Origin: a virus | Reading direction: 5' to 3' (one strand) | IMG/VR virus record: IMGVR_UViG_3300046007_014300 | Location: 5,292-69,291 of that record | Length of the DNA stretch: 64,000 nucleotides | In this document: positions 29,801 through 39,139 of the stretch, in pieces | Numbering within the stretch: position 1 is the stretch's first letter | Layout: each line of letters begins with the position of its first letter | Made by a program: the position numbers and the translations under genes | Notes under the pieces: generated by a model | Databases searched by the model: none | The model's input: the letters and a program-made list of their open reading frames with translations, nothing else | What the model was told of the DNA's origin: nothing

Positions 29801-31501
29801 ATCGCCATTTTGAACCTGGAAGCAGCCAAGGAACAGCTGAAAAACCAGGCCCAACGCGACACCCTTAGTGGCGCCACCGGGGCCGCGGCGCCTCCAGTGG
29901 TCGCGACGGGGGGGCGCATGATTTCAGGGGCCAGGACCAATCGCACCCGCGATCCTGATGCGGAAGCAACCGGCTGGGACATCGTGGTGCCTGGTGGCCG
30001 CGGCGGTGCTGTCACCAATCCATTCGGGAAACTCACGATCACCGGCACCGGCTTTCAGGGCCGCGGTGCGGGATCAACTGGCAAAGGGTACGGCAGCTGG
30101 GTCAGCGGAGAGTTCAATATCGGCGGCAAAAAATACGAAATGCTCCTCGGTCACTTCGACAGCATTGACGTTGCCAAAGGGATGACCCTGGGGCCCGGCG
30201 ACCGCATTGGGAGCCAGGGCATTACGGGCCGGACCTTTGGGACCCATGTCACCACCCACGTCAACCCCAAAGGCGGGGCATCAACGGCTGACGCTTGGCA
30301 AGCGCTGGAAGCACTTACTCGTGCGTGGGAAACGGGACGCATGGTCCCTGGGTCAGGTTCAGCCGCGCTCCCCGCCATGGCGTCAAGACCCCGCAGTGGG
30401 CCCGACATCTTCGCCGGTATCGACATGAATGGCCCCATCCCAGATGCAACACCAGCACCGCTACGGCGGCTGCCAGGTGGCTCGGCACCGATGCTGGCCG
30501 CCCAACCCCTCGAAAAGCCGCTGAACAGCCTGGGCAACAGCCTCCAGGCCAACACCGACAGCATGGAGCAGACGCGCCAGTTGCTGGCCAACATCGACAC
30601 CGCGATCAAAGACCTGCAGGAGGAATTGGGAGGGACCAGAACCCGCAATGAATTCGACACCGAAGCCCTAAGAATCAACCAGGCGGAGCAGAGCAGAGCC
30701 ATGGAGGTGGAGCGGATGGGCGCCCAGCTCAAGGCTGAAATCCTCAACTCCCCCCGCGGCCGACTGGCTGCCGGCCTGACGGAGGACACCGTGGGCGGTT
30801 TGGGCGGCGGCGTTCGCCAGGCGCTTTCTACGGCGATGCAGGGCGGCGACATTCGGGGGGCGATTGCCCAGGCCCTGGCCGGCACCGCCGATCGCCTGGC
30901 CCAGACAACCCTCAATTCCATCCTCGCCCCCCTCGAACAGCTGCTCACCGGGAACCTGTTCCAGGCCCTCAGCGGCTTCAGCGGGGCGGCCGGGCAGCAG
31001 ATGACCGCAGCCCAGCTGATGCTGCGAGCGGGTCAGCTGATGGCCCAAAGCGGCGTGGGCAGTGGCTTTACACCAGGTGGCGGTGGCGGGCTGGGGTTGA
31101 TCGGCGACCTCTTCGGCGGCCTGGGCCCGGGTGCGGGGCTGGTGGGCGCCGGCATCAAGGGCCTAGGCAGCGCCTTCAATGTCACCGACTTCCCGATGGC
31201 CCAGTTTGCCGCCGGTGGGGTCTCCCATGGCCCCAAAAGCGGGTACGCGGCCATGTTGCATGGCACCGAGGCCATTGTTCCCCTGCCGAACGGCCGTAGC
31301 CTGCCGGTGCAGCTGCAGGGAGGAGCGGCCGGCGGCGGCTGGGGCGGCGGATCAATCACCATCCCGATCAGCGTCGACGCCACGGGCACGGCCGTCGCCG
31401 GCAACAACGAGAAGGGTTCGAGGTTGGGCGAAATGGTCGGCCAGGCGGTGAAAGAGGTGCTAATCCGCGAGAAACGCCCCGGCGGCATTCTCTACAACTG
31501 A
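26900..31501 (+). CDS. Tape measure protein with embedded M23-like domain
   Basis: 1533 aa helical Ala/Gln-rich; C-terminal FAAGG...HGTEAIVPL and REKRPGGILY lambda-H-like end. Confidence 0.9.
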   Translation: MAAGGEVDLGAAVLRLYGDRSELDKELEKLRRYTEQLEKQGIKVKFDAETGNATREVNTLQQKLVGLRSTLEAVSRGMEGDASAWESLADMLTKAGKSADGGSGGISKMAGGLASLSRAAGVALPILGQIGLAGMGLQTIFNAVAAAVGSITGPLQALSQQTGEFNKQVAEASIFTSQAFAVIGPDGKAIEGTSNQMRALRGRITGEFKEIQKEVAMISGATSSQVYDAFNIISQNNSGLGKQGENLSNVTKLSTRIAAAMATLNIPGYQLRGEASSLLSGNVQPGDELAMKLYGQGAGERIRTLQAEGKYYDDLMDKLNKLYDGQKVLAASLENTLSNFQDVMQSINTSGGQGFERGSARALQAILTPLTELKDSFGDMMRSIGEGLEPVIVLAGQLAGALVPVLSVGASIIQIISDITALVGNFAGAILTPIIQFVTAGLTTIAKTFQLLASLVSTMLRPITLFFRLIGQQGGDYSDNAFDKINDTLDSLIAKSDRLGAVISKPFIEAAKAAAWLEGKARGLSDKEIMARQADIAAEFADKIGTNDKISLRSINVSPLAKQMQQEAEKRYAGAIPEEKQLAKTRELADIKEKIYNNEITALNQGLALLQAQRAVQEKLFGLADARRGLETQRAQFQVSVAASPEARAQAEDRRNQLANTQEQQRIRERVTALQSEKAIQQQQLEISIRQAAIQQQQLTIQRAEIDVQRLKTRLAMEEFYQKAQNAAPNSAEQKSLLANYQVQKDILNIYRQQLEAADRAVALSAEGATNLRRTGALQQQSLDIQQRALGVQVEAANLSLAQQRVLTRLNEQEQAIKNNLAERTQVETRLQNGRQQEIAILERQRNAQEKLQAIEKSRTDLTKARLDANAQDAERMLSLARAQADARNNPTSVSAVIGAQIEALALGRTGLVSEADAVRELYNAKARQLNLEQSVARQQLEFQQKREASEQRIALLRLQVERTSQNIAILNLEAAKEQLKNQAQRDTLSGATGAAAPPVVATGGRMISGARTNRTRDPDAEATGWDIVVPGGRGGAVTNPFGKLTITGTGFQGRGAGSTGKGYGSWVSGEFNIGGKKYEMLLGHFDSIDVAKGMTLGPGDRIGSQGITGRTFGTHVTTHVNPKGGASTADAWQALEALTRAWETGRMVPGSGSAALPAMASRPRSGPDIFAGIDMNGPIPDATPAPLRRLPGGSAPMLAAQPLEKPLNSLGNSLQANTDSMEQTRQLLANIDTAIKDLQEELGGTRTRNEFDTEALRINQAEQSRAMEVERMGAQLKAEILNSPRGRLAAGLTEDTVGGLGGGVRQALSTAMQGGDIRGAIAQALAGTADRLAQTTLNSILAPLEQLLTGNLFQALSGFSGAAGQQMTAAQLMLRAGQLMAQSGVGSGFTPGGGGGLGLIGDLFGGLGPGAGLVGAGIKGLGSAFNVTDFPMAQFAAGGVSHGPKSGYAAMLHGTEAIVPLPNGRSLPVQLQGGAAGGGWGGGSITIPISVDATGTAVAGNNEKGSRLGEMVGQAVKEVLIREKRPGGILYN

Positions 31502-31851
31502 TGCCCTTCACCCTGCCAGCCAGCCCCCGGCCGATCTACCCGGCAACCGAAACCACCAAGCCGGAGCTGCGGGGCAGCCAATTTGACGATGGGCCCGAAC
31601 GCTTCCAGGCCCTGGGCCTCAACCAGTTCCCCGTCACCCTGCCGCTGCAATGGGCGCCGCTGCCAATGGACAAGGCCAAGATCCTCACCACCTTTTTTGA
31701 GGCGCGCCTGCGCAACAACCAGGCCTTTCTCTGGACGCCACCGGACCGCCCCCAAGCGCGTTGGCGCTGCCCGCAATGGTCGCTGACTGGGGCTGGCCGC
31801 AACTTGTATGTGCTCAGGGCCGTTTTTGAGCAGTCCTTCGGGATCCGATGA
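31501..31851 (+). CDS. Distal tail protein (lambda gpM-like), copy 1
   Basis: QFDDG, GLN, FLWTPP, AVFEQ motifs. Confidence 0.8.
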   Translation: MPFTLPASPRPIYPATETTKPELRGSQFDDGPERFQALGLNQFPVTLPLQWAPLPMDKAKILTTFFEARLRNNQAFLWTPPDRPQARWRCPQWSLTGAGRNLYVLRAVFEQSFGIR

Positions 31852-32750
31852 CCTACTCCACCTTCCCGGCGGTGCCGTTGAAAAGCGAGCTGAGCAAAGA
31901 GGTGCGCAGCCTCGCCACCAAACAGCCCTTGGGGGACGGCTACAGCTACATCACCCAGTTCGGCCTGCATCCGCTGGAGGAGACCTGGCGGGTGCGGATG
32001 CTGATCAAGCTCAGTGAAGCGGCCACGGTTCGGTCTTTCCTGGAGGCCCGGGCAACCGATGGGAAACCATTCCTCTGGACGCCACCAGACTATGCGGAGG
32101 GCAGCACGCCCATGTGGAAAGTCGAAGAATGGCCAATCGCCAGAGAATTTCAGTCCATGGTGAAGATTGATCTGCTGCTGCGTCGGATTTGGGGGAAACT
32201 GGCACCACCTGGGTTCAGGATTGGTGGCGTGCCGCATTATTGCCGGGCGCAGCCTGATTTTGCTTTGCACCCTTCAGCCGCATACGTTCGGTGGGTTGGT
32301 GTTCAGTGGTCGGAGCGGGGATATGGCGGCCTCGGCGGTAGCTCGGCGCCTCCAGTGACAAATAACATCACAACGAGTTGGCGACCGTTGCGCACAACAA
32401 CAGGCCAGCTTATTACATATGGGATTGGGGGCATAGTATTGGAAGGAAACTATAGCGCCGCAGGCTACTTAGGCCCTTGGTACTCAAATATAGATATTTA
32501 CGTTGCTTATTATTCAGGGCCAGGCAATTCCATGGGCGGATCCATGAGTGTATTCTACATTTACACAGCAAACCCAACGCTGCCGCTCCAGGGTGCAGAA
32601 ACCAACACTGGGTACGGTTTCAGCCGATCCGCCTACGATTACTCCAACTTTGCCACCGCCAGGGGGCTCTGGGAATTCGCCAACGCCGCTTATGAAGTGA
32701 TTTTTACCTGGGATGGATATTCCCGGCTGCGTCCAGGTGCCGTAATCTAA
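31848..32750 (+). CDS. gpM-like protein, copy 2, with ~180 aa C-terminal extension
   Basis: LGDGYS, GLHP, FLEAR, PFLWTPPD; aromatic/Gly-rich extension. Confidence 0.75.
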   Translation: MTYSTFPAVPLKSELSKEVRSLATKQPLGDGYSYITQFGLHPLEETWRVRMLIKLSEAATVRSFLEARATDGKPFLWTPPDYAEGSTPMWKVEEWPIAREFQSMVKIDLLLRRIWGKLAPPGFRIGGVPHYCRAQPDFALHPSAAYVRWVGVQWSERGYGGLGGSSAPPVTNNITTSWRPLRTTTGQLITYGIGGIVLEGNYSAAGYLGPWYSNIDIYVAYYSGPGNSMGGSMSVFYIYTANPTLPLQGAETNTGYGFSRSAYDYSNFATARGLWEFANAAYEVIFTWDGYSRLRPGAVI

Positions 32751-32756
32751 ATCATA

Positions 32757-33497
32757 ATGGATGCAACACTTAGGGCTGAACTCGCGTCGATGGAACCTGG
32801 TTCCATCATCGAATTGTTTGAAATCGAAACCAACTGCCGAATCCACGGCGTTGATCAAACCTTTAGGTTTTCAAACACCTATAGCGCTTCCAGCACAGTG
32901 ATACCAGTGATTTGGGCTGGTAATTCCTATTGGCCAATCACAATTGAAGCCGACGGCTTTGCTTATGACGGCAAAGGGGTGCTGCCTACACCCACATTGC
33001 GGCTGGGCAATGTCAATGGTGAAATTTCCGCAATCCTCAATGAGGTCAATGCCTTCACCCCAGGCAACGACCTTGGCATGGCCAAGTTCACCAGAATCAG
33101 AACCCTAGCCAGGTTCCTTGATGCCGCGAATTTTGATGATGGGGTGAATCCTTACGGCACACCCAACCCGGCTGCGACATTTCCGCCAGAGATTTACTAC
33201 GTTGACAAGAAGGAGCTTGAATGCCGCGATGTAGTCGAATTCAAGATGGAATCAGCGTTTAGCTTGGTGGGTGAACGGGGCCCTCGGCGCCAATGCCTCA
33301 AGCAATGCACCTTTGTGTTGGGAGGCGATGGCTGCGGCTACAACGGCCCCAACTTTTTTGACGAAAACAACAATCCAGTCGCATCAGCCGAATTGAGCGT
33401 CTGCAGCCAGACGCTTACTGGTTGTCGATTACGCCATGGCGAAGGCGCTGAACTTCCATACGGTGGTTATCCAGGTATTGGCAATTACAATGCCTGA
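32757..33497 (+). CDS. Minor tail protein L (lambda gpL-like)
   Basis: IELFEI, PITIEADGF, RIRTLARFLD, four-Cys pattern C..CGYNG..C..GC, LPYGGYPG. Confidence 0.9.
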   Translation: MDATLRAELASMEPGSIIELFEIETNCRIHGVDQTFRFSNTYSASSTVIPVIWAGNSYWPITIEADGFAYDGKGVLPTPTLRLGNVNGEISAILNEVNAFTPGNDLGMAKFTRIRTLARFLDAANFDDGVNPYGTPNPAATFPPEIYYVDKKELECRDVVEFKMESAFSLVGERGPRRQCLKQCTFVLGGDGCGYNGPNFFDENNNPVASAELSVCSQTLTGCRLRHGEGAELPYGGYPGIGNYNA

Positions 33498-33506
33498 TCG
33501 CCAGCA

Positions 33507-34244
33507 ATGAACAGCCAGACCCGTGCTGCAGCGCTGCTTGCCGCAGTGGCCGAGGCCCCCCGCGAAAGCTGCGGCCTGGTGGTGGTGGTGGGCGGCAAGG
33601 AGCGCTACTGGCCCTGCCGCAACATCAACCCGATTCAGACCGATTTCAGCATTGATCCAGCCGACTACCTGGCCGCCGCCCGGGCCGGAACAATCGTGGC
33701 GGTGATCCATTCCCATCCCGACGGCTTCCCACATCCATCTGATGCCGATCGCACCGGCTGCGAGAAGTGGGGGATCCCCTGGCACATCGTTTCCCCGCAC
33801 CTGGGTGACGGCCAGGGCCAGTGGTTCAGCTTTGAGCCCAGTGGCTGGAAGCCGCCGTTGATCGGCAGGCAATGGTCATGGGGGGTTCACGACTGCTGGG
33901 CGCTAGTACGGGACTGGTACGCCGAGCAAAACCTGCACTTGCCGGACTTCGAGCGGCCCGCTGACCCAGAAGAGTTCCTGCTCCAGCCCCTGTTCGAGAG
34001 CCTGTACGCCGAGGCCGGCTTCTTTGTGGTGCCCCGGGAGCAGATCCGGGCTGGCGATGCCGTTCTGCAAAGCCGTTTCGTGCCCGGGCTCAACCATGTG
34101 GGCGTCATCCTGCCCGATGGCCGCCTGCTCCATCACGTCGAGGGCCGCCTGTCGAGCTCCGACATCTACGGCGACGGCCACCAGCGCAGCACCGGCCGGG
34201 TGCTGCGACCGCTTGCCTGGAAGGACAAGAGCCCCTGGACTTAG
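33507..34244 (+). CDS. Tail tip assembly protein K (JAB + NlpC/P60)
   Basis: ESCG, HSHP...PSDAD (JAB); DCWALVRDWY, NHVGV, LLHH (NlpC/P60). Confidence 0.92.
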   Translation: MNSQTRAAALLAAVAEAPRESCGLVVVVGGKERYWPCRNINPIQTDFSIDPADYLAAARAGTIVAVIHSHPDGFPHPSDADRTGCEKWGIPWHIVSPHLGDGQGQWFSFEPSGWKPPLIGRQWSWGVHDCWALVRDWYAEQNLHLPDFERPADPEEFLLQPLFESLYAEAGFFVVPREQIRAGDAVLQSRFVPGLNHVGVILPDGRLLHHVEGRLSSSDIYGDGHQRSTGRVLRPLAWKDKSPWT

Positions 34245-34331
34245 GGGCCCTTGGGCGCTCGCCGCCGCCCCCCGAGCGTTTGCCGTTCCCCGGGCGTTAT
34301 CAAATCGAACTATCCGGTATTTCCGGACAGT

Positions 34332-35423
34332 TCAGAGGCGCTCGAACAGCCAGCTGGGCCGCCCTGGGGGGAGGGTGCTGCCGAGATCACCGCAGCCGAT
34401 TTTGCCCTGGCCGATCAGCTGCCAGCCATCGCGGCTGGCGCCGATGCCGTGGTGGCGCGACCAATCGTTGATGCGGTGGGTGGTGATTCCCAGGATCCGG
34501 GCCAGCTCCGGGCCCGCAATCTGCTCACCTCGCCGGAAGCGCCGAACCTGATCAGGCTCAATCGGCAGCAGGTGCCGGCAGACCATTGTTTCGGGTGGCT
34601 GGGCCGCCTGCCAGGGATCGGGCCCCGGCAACGGCGCCGATGAACGGCGAAGGCGCCGGACCGGCAAATCCGCTGGGGTTGGGGTGGCCGGGGTTGCCGG
34701 CAGGGCAGCCACCGAACCAGCCGCCGAGAAATCTTCGGCAACTGGTAAGGCGGGCTTACAGGTTGGGGGGAGCACCAGCTGGGCATAGCGCTGCACCAAC
34801 CAGCCCATGAAATGTGTGGCCAGGGGCCGGGCATAGCGCAGCGAGCGCGGCACCTCATGCGCCGCTCGGCCCTCGATGGCAGCATCCACCTCCTTGGCAT
34901 AGGCCGCAACGATCTCGTTCCAGTCCGCAGGGGCGGTCACCGCCGAAAACCCAAAAGCCGTGGCGGCTCCCCCCAGGGGGGTGGCTCCCGTGCCGGCCGC
35001 GGCGGCCCTGGCCCCTTGGGTCTGAGCCCCCTGGGCACCGGCATGCTGGGCCGCGGCGCCCTGGGCCTGGGCCTGCACCACCTCCAGAAACCAGCCATCC
35101 ATCCAGACGGCAAAGGCGGGACTGATCCACCGGGCCAAATCCACGGCCAACCTGGGGTGGATCCAGGTGCCCTGAAGCTCAGGCCGGCCGCCTTGGATCG
35201 ACCGAATCAAGCCCCCAATTCCCGTGGCCGGAAATCCGGTAACGGCTGCAAGCGCAGCGATATACGACTGTGTTCGGTCGTTTGCCTGATAGTGATTCCA
35301 ACGGCGTTGCCCGGCTTGGCACATGGCCGTGGCGTTCACGTACCCGTCAGCTGCACTGCGATGGATCTCCACACCGTTCCAGATGCGGCAATCCATCCCC
35401 AGGGGGAAAGCCAAGCTATTCAT
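34332..35423 (-). CDS. KilA-N domain protein
   Basis: DGYVNATAMC, QGTWIHPRLAVDLARWISPAFAVW. Confidence 0.9.
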   Translation of the reverse strand: MNSLAFPLGMDCRIWNGVEIHRSAADGYVNATAMCQAGQRRWNHYQANDRTQSYIAALAAVTGFPATGIGGLIRSIQGGRPELQGTWIHPRLAVDLARWISPAFAVWMDGWFLEVVQAQAQGAAAQHAGAQGAQTQGARAAAAGTGATPLGGAATAFGFSAVTAPADWNEIVAAYAKEVDAAIEGRAAHEVPRSLRYARPLATHFMGWLVQRYAQLVLPPTCKPALPVAEDFSAAGSVAALPATPATPTPADLPVRRLRRSSAPLPGPDPWQAAQPPETMVCRHLLPIEPDQVRRFRRGEQIAGPELARILGITTHRINDWSRHHGIGASRDGWQLIGQGKIGCGDLGSTLPPGRPSWLFERL

Positions 35424-35755
35424 GCGTGCTCCCGCTCGAAACGGGGCTATCGGTAAGCCTCGATGTCGCCATCGAGAAACCAGACATTACTGCATCCGGC
35501 TTGTAAAGGAATTAGGTGGAGGCGGGCCTCCGATACCGGTGCCCAGGCCTGATGCCCAAGCTGAGCAGCGACCGACGACACTGCCCCCGGCGCCCTCGTT
35601 GCCGTTTGGGCCGACCCACCCCCAAGTCGAGCGTACACGGTTCAGGATGAAAGGCCGGGCAAGAAAGGGGGGGGGCTGGAGGCGGTTTCAGAGGCATGGC
35701 TCTGGAGGGGCTCCAGAGGCACGGGGCTGGGTGGGCCCCAGGGCCACGGGGTTGG

Positions 35756-36124
35756 CTAGTTGATGCCCAAAGCCTTTGCTCTCAGCTTTGTGGCCTCTTC
35801 ATCCGAAATCAAAAGGTCGTCCTTCATCTTTTGAATTCTTTGCAGCTCAACTTGAAGCGTATCCAATGAAGGACCCGCAGGCAGTCTGTTGGGAGCGTCT
35901 TCAGATGCAGCTTTTTTCTGCTGCTCAAGTTGTTCCTTGCTGGCAACGGGAATAGAGATTCCCATCACGATGTAGATGATGATTCCAACGAACCAGAAAA
36001 TAGAGCCAATGGCGAACAACATACGGTAGGCCACAGCAGAGCCTCTGCCACTGACCTCTAACCCTTGGCATACCCCCGCAAGAATCGCCCCTTCTTTAAC
36101 GCGATACAGCTTTGATTCAGACAT
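35756..36124 (-). CDS. PspC-domain membrane protein with SHOCT-like C-terminus
   Basis: KLYR...ILAGVCQGL, TM helix ending IIYIVMGISIP; ELQRIQKMKDDLLISDEE. Confidence 0.85.
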   Translation of the reverse strand: MSESKLYRVKEGAILAGVCQGLEVSGRGSAVAYRMLFAIGSIFWFVGIIIYIVMGISIPVASKEQLEQQKKAASEDAPNRLPAGPSLDTLQVELQRIQKMKDDLLISDEEATKLRAKALGIN

Positions 36125-36320
36125 GAAAACAAGACGACTTCTTCGACATTAGCGGCGCATGACTACCCTGGCAACATAAAGTACATGGTTCCAGCAAGGC
36201 CGCGGCGGCAACTTGGACCATTTGCGTGCGGCCACGAAAATGGTGCTGACCAGACCGCTCGCGCCAACCCCTGCCGTGCCACTGGAGTGGCCTCCGTAGC
36301 CTGGGGCTATTCAGTGGTCG

Positions 36321-36956
36321 GTGGCATTGGAGCGAACGCTGCGTCTGTACGGGCCCCTGGCCGAGCGGACCGGATACACGGTTTTGAGCGCCAATATCGC
36401 CTCGATTGGCGAAGCCGTGCGGTTCCTGGTCGCCAATTGGCCCGATCTGGAGGCCCTCATCGCCGGATACGACTGGCTGCTGTCCGAGGGCAGCTACAAC
36501 CTTGGCGCCGATGAGATTCACTACCCCCTCGGCAGCGAGGACATCCACCTGGTGCCGATCGTGAGCGGTTCAGGATCGGCCGGCGCCAAGATTGTGGGTG
36601 GCATTCTGCTGGTGGCCGCATCGTTTGCGGTGCCGGGCATTGGCCTGGCGGCCTTGGGGCCCACCCTGTTTGGCGCCGGCATGAGCCTGGCCCTGGGCGG
36701 TGCCGCCCAGCTGCTGACACCTTCAACGCCCACTCCAGAGCGCAACCGTGATCCCAAAGAGACCAACTCCTATTCGGTTTCAGGGGTGCAGTTGACCTCA
36801 AGGGAGGGCACGCCTGTCAACATCCCGCGGGGCCGCATCGTCATGGGCGCCATCGTCATCTCAGCCGGCATCAGCACAAGTGAGTTGCCTGGGGCGGGCG
36901 CCAACAAGCGATCCATCACCTTGGTGGAAGCGATCCAGGCCACAGGCAAGCGATGA
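36321..36956 (+). CDS. Tail assembly protein I (lambda gpI-like)
   Basis: RLYGPL, EAVRFL, IHLVPIVSG, Gly-rich hydrophobic stretch, GTPVNIPRG...VISAG. Confidence 0.88.
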   Translation: MALERTLRLYGPLAERTGYTVLSANIASIGEAVRFLVANWPDLEALIAGYDWLLSEGSYNLGADEIHYPLGSEDIHLVPIVSGSGSAGAKIVGGILLVAASFAVPGIGLAALGPTLFGAGMSLALGGAAQLLTPSTPTPERNRDPKETNSYSVSGVQLTSREGTPVNIPRGRIVMGAIVISAGISTSELPGAGANKRSITLVEAIQATGKR

Positions 36957-39139
36957 GGCAGATCCCCGTAGACAGCCTGGTCAAGTTGCCGCCATGGCCA
37001 GTGATCCGGGGGGCTGGCATCGGTGGCCAAAAGCAGGCCAAGGCCAGCCGGGGGGCCGCCACCGCTCCGGACACCCTCAACTCCACCCAGTACGCCCGGC
37101 TGCTGCTGCTGCTTGGCGAGGGAGAACAAGAGGGCTGGCCGTCGGCCAGGGGCTATACGCGGGGCAGCAAGGCCTATGAAACCGCTCTGCTGAAAGATAT
37201 TTATATCAACAGAACGCCAATTCTTAAGGCATCGGCAAATCCAAATAATCCGAAAACCACTGATTTTAACTTTCTAGGCGTTGTTGTTGAGCATCGCTAT
37301 GGGACTGTTGACCAGTCTGCGATCAAAGGTTTCAATGCAACCGAATCCCAGCGAGGGGTTGGGCTGCCGGTAACAGCAGCGACGCCGCTGACACGCACGA
37401 TTACAGATTCTGCTGTCAATGCACTCAGAATCACACTTAGCTGGCAAGCCCTACAGCAGTATTACGATCCCAAGAATAAGGTATCAAAATCGCTGACTTC
37501 CAGCATCTTGAAAGGTGGCGTCAAGTCACCGCAGGAGGGCGATGTCATTGCAGTGGAGGTCAAGTATCAGATCCAAGTGGCAACCGCCGGTGGCAGTTTC
37601 AAAACCGTGGTTGACACATCTGTGAAAGGCCGTTCTGGCGACCTGTTTCAACGCAGCCATGAAGTCGAAATCTATGGCCCCTTCCCCGTAAGCGTGCGAG
37701 TGGTGCGAATCACCCCAGATTCAAACAACTCCAAAGTCAATGACACAATGGTTTGGAGTGACTATACAGAATTAATCTATGCAAAGCTTAGATACCCATA
37801 TTCAGGGTTGTTGGCGTTGCAACTTGACGCCAAGTATTTCAGTTCCTGGCCGCAAGTATCTGTAGACCGGTTAGGTGTCAAAATCCCAATTCCTGACAAT
37901 GCAACCGTAGAGCAATCCACCGGCCGCTTGATTTACTCCGGCATTTGGACGGGCAATTTTGCCGAAGCTCAATGGACGACCGATCCTGCCTGGCATTTTT
38001 TTGACCAGGTCACCCACCTACGCTATGGATTCGGCCATCGCTGCCCACCTGAAACCGTTGACAAGTTTGCTCTGTATTCAATATCTAAATATTGTGCAGA
38101 ATTAGTCTCTGATGGCAGGGGCGGATTTGAGCCGCGTTTTTCCTTTTCACACAACATCCAGAGCAGCGACGACGCTTACAAACTGATCAATCAAATGGCC
38201 AGTGTCTTTCGAGGCATGCCCCATTGGGGCAATGGCTCGGTAACTGTCACGCAAGATGCTCCTGGCGATGCAATCGTCACCGTATCTAATGCAGACATAT
38301 CGCCAGAAGGCTTTCGCTATGTCGGCTCCAGCCTGCGGGAGCGCCATACCGTGGCCGTTGTGCGGTATTTCGACAACGCGAAACAGGACTATGATTTTGT
38401 AACGGTTCAGGACAAAAAAGCGATTCAACTATACGGGGTAAAGGTTGCAAATATCGACGCTTTTGCCTGCACATCACCTGGGCAAGCCCATCGCGCCGGC
38501 CAATGGCTGCTCTACACCGAACAATACGAATCTGAAGTTGTGATGTTTGAGGGCACCGTGGCTCTGGGGGTGGAGCTTCGGCCGGGCCTGCGGTTCAGAG
38601 CAGCTGATCGTCTCAAAAGCGGCGTAAGGCGAGCTGGCAAAACCATTGCAGGCACAACAACCAGCCTCACTGTTGATGATGCAACCCAGACCGATCTGCC
38701 AACCGGGGCAGATGCAACGATCACCGCCAAGCTGGTTGATGGAAATCTGGAGACACGATTCATTGGTTCTATCAGCGGTGTGGTTGTTACACCAGCCCTG
38801 CCATTCTCGGCAGCGCCATTGATTGGTGGCACTTGGTCAATTGACAACAACGCCATGCGCACAAGCCTGTGGACGGCTATTGGCATCACCGAAAGCAGTC
38901 GGACGAAATATATGGTTTCTGCATTGCGCCATAATCCAAGCAAATATGACTACATCGAGCGTGATATTCCATTAGATCTGCAAGTGTTTGCACCCCTTGA
39001 AATCAAGCCACCGGCGGCACCCTCCAGCGCAACAGCCATCGCCGTGGTGAATCCAGCCACACGGCAAACCGATATGCACCTCTCCTGGGAGGCCATCCCT
39101 GGGGCAGTCGAGTATGAGGTGGCGGTGCGCACCGTATGA
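36953..39139 (+). CDS. Tail tip host-specificity protein J, N-terminal part
   Basis: LGEGE, YPYSGL, WTTDPAW, GGFEPRF, CTSPGQAHRAGQWLL, LRPG. Confidence 0.9.
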   Translation: MRQIPVDSLVKLPPWPVIRGAGIGGQKQAKASRGAATAPDTLNSTQYARLLLLLGEGEQEGWPSARGYTRGSKAYETALLKDIYINRTPILKASANPNNPKTTDFNFLGVVVEHRYGTVDQSAIKGFNATESQRGVGLPVTAATPLTRTITDSAVNALRITLSWQALQQYYDPKNKVSKSLTSSILKGGVKSPQEGDVIAVEVKYQIQVATAGGSFKTVVDTSVKGRSGDLFQRSHEVEIYGPFPVSVRVVRITPDSNNSKVNDTMVWSDYTELIYAKLRYPYSGLLALQLDAKYFSSWPQVSVDRLGVKIPIPDNATVEQSTGRLIYSGIWTGNFAEAQWTTDPAWHFFDQVTHLRYGFGHRCPPETVDKFALYSISKYCAELVSDGRGGFEPRFSFSHNIQSSDDAYKLINQMASVFRGMPHWGNGSVTVTQDAPGDAIVTVSNADISPEGFRYVGSSLRERHTVAVVRYFDNAKQDYDFVTVQDKKAIQLYGVKVANIDAFACTSPGQAHRAGQWLLYTEQYESEVVMFEGTVALGVELRPGLRFRAADRLKSGVRRAGKTIAGTTTSLTVDDATQTDLPTGADATITAKLVDGNLETRFIGSISGVVVTPALPFSAAPLIGGTWSIDNNAMRTSLWTAIGITESSRTKYMVSALRHNPSKYDYIERDIPLDLQVFAPLEIKPPAAPSSATAIAVVNPATRQTDMHLSWEAIPGAVEYEVAVRTV

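Noticed and set aside
35700-35718. Palindrome CTCTGGAG-GGG-CTCCAGAG downstream of the PspC gene
   Set aside because: No adjacent U-tract on either strand, so it cannot be called a terminator.
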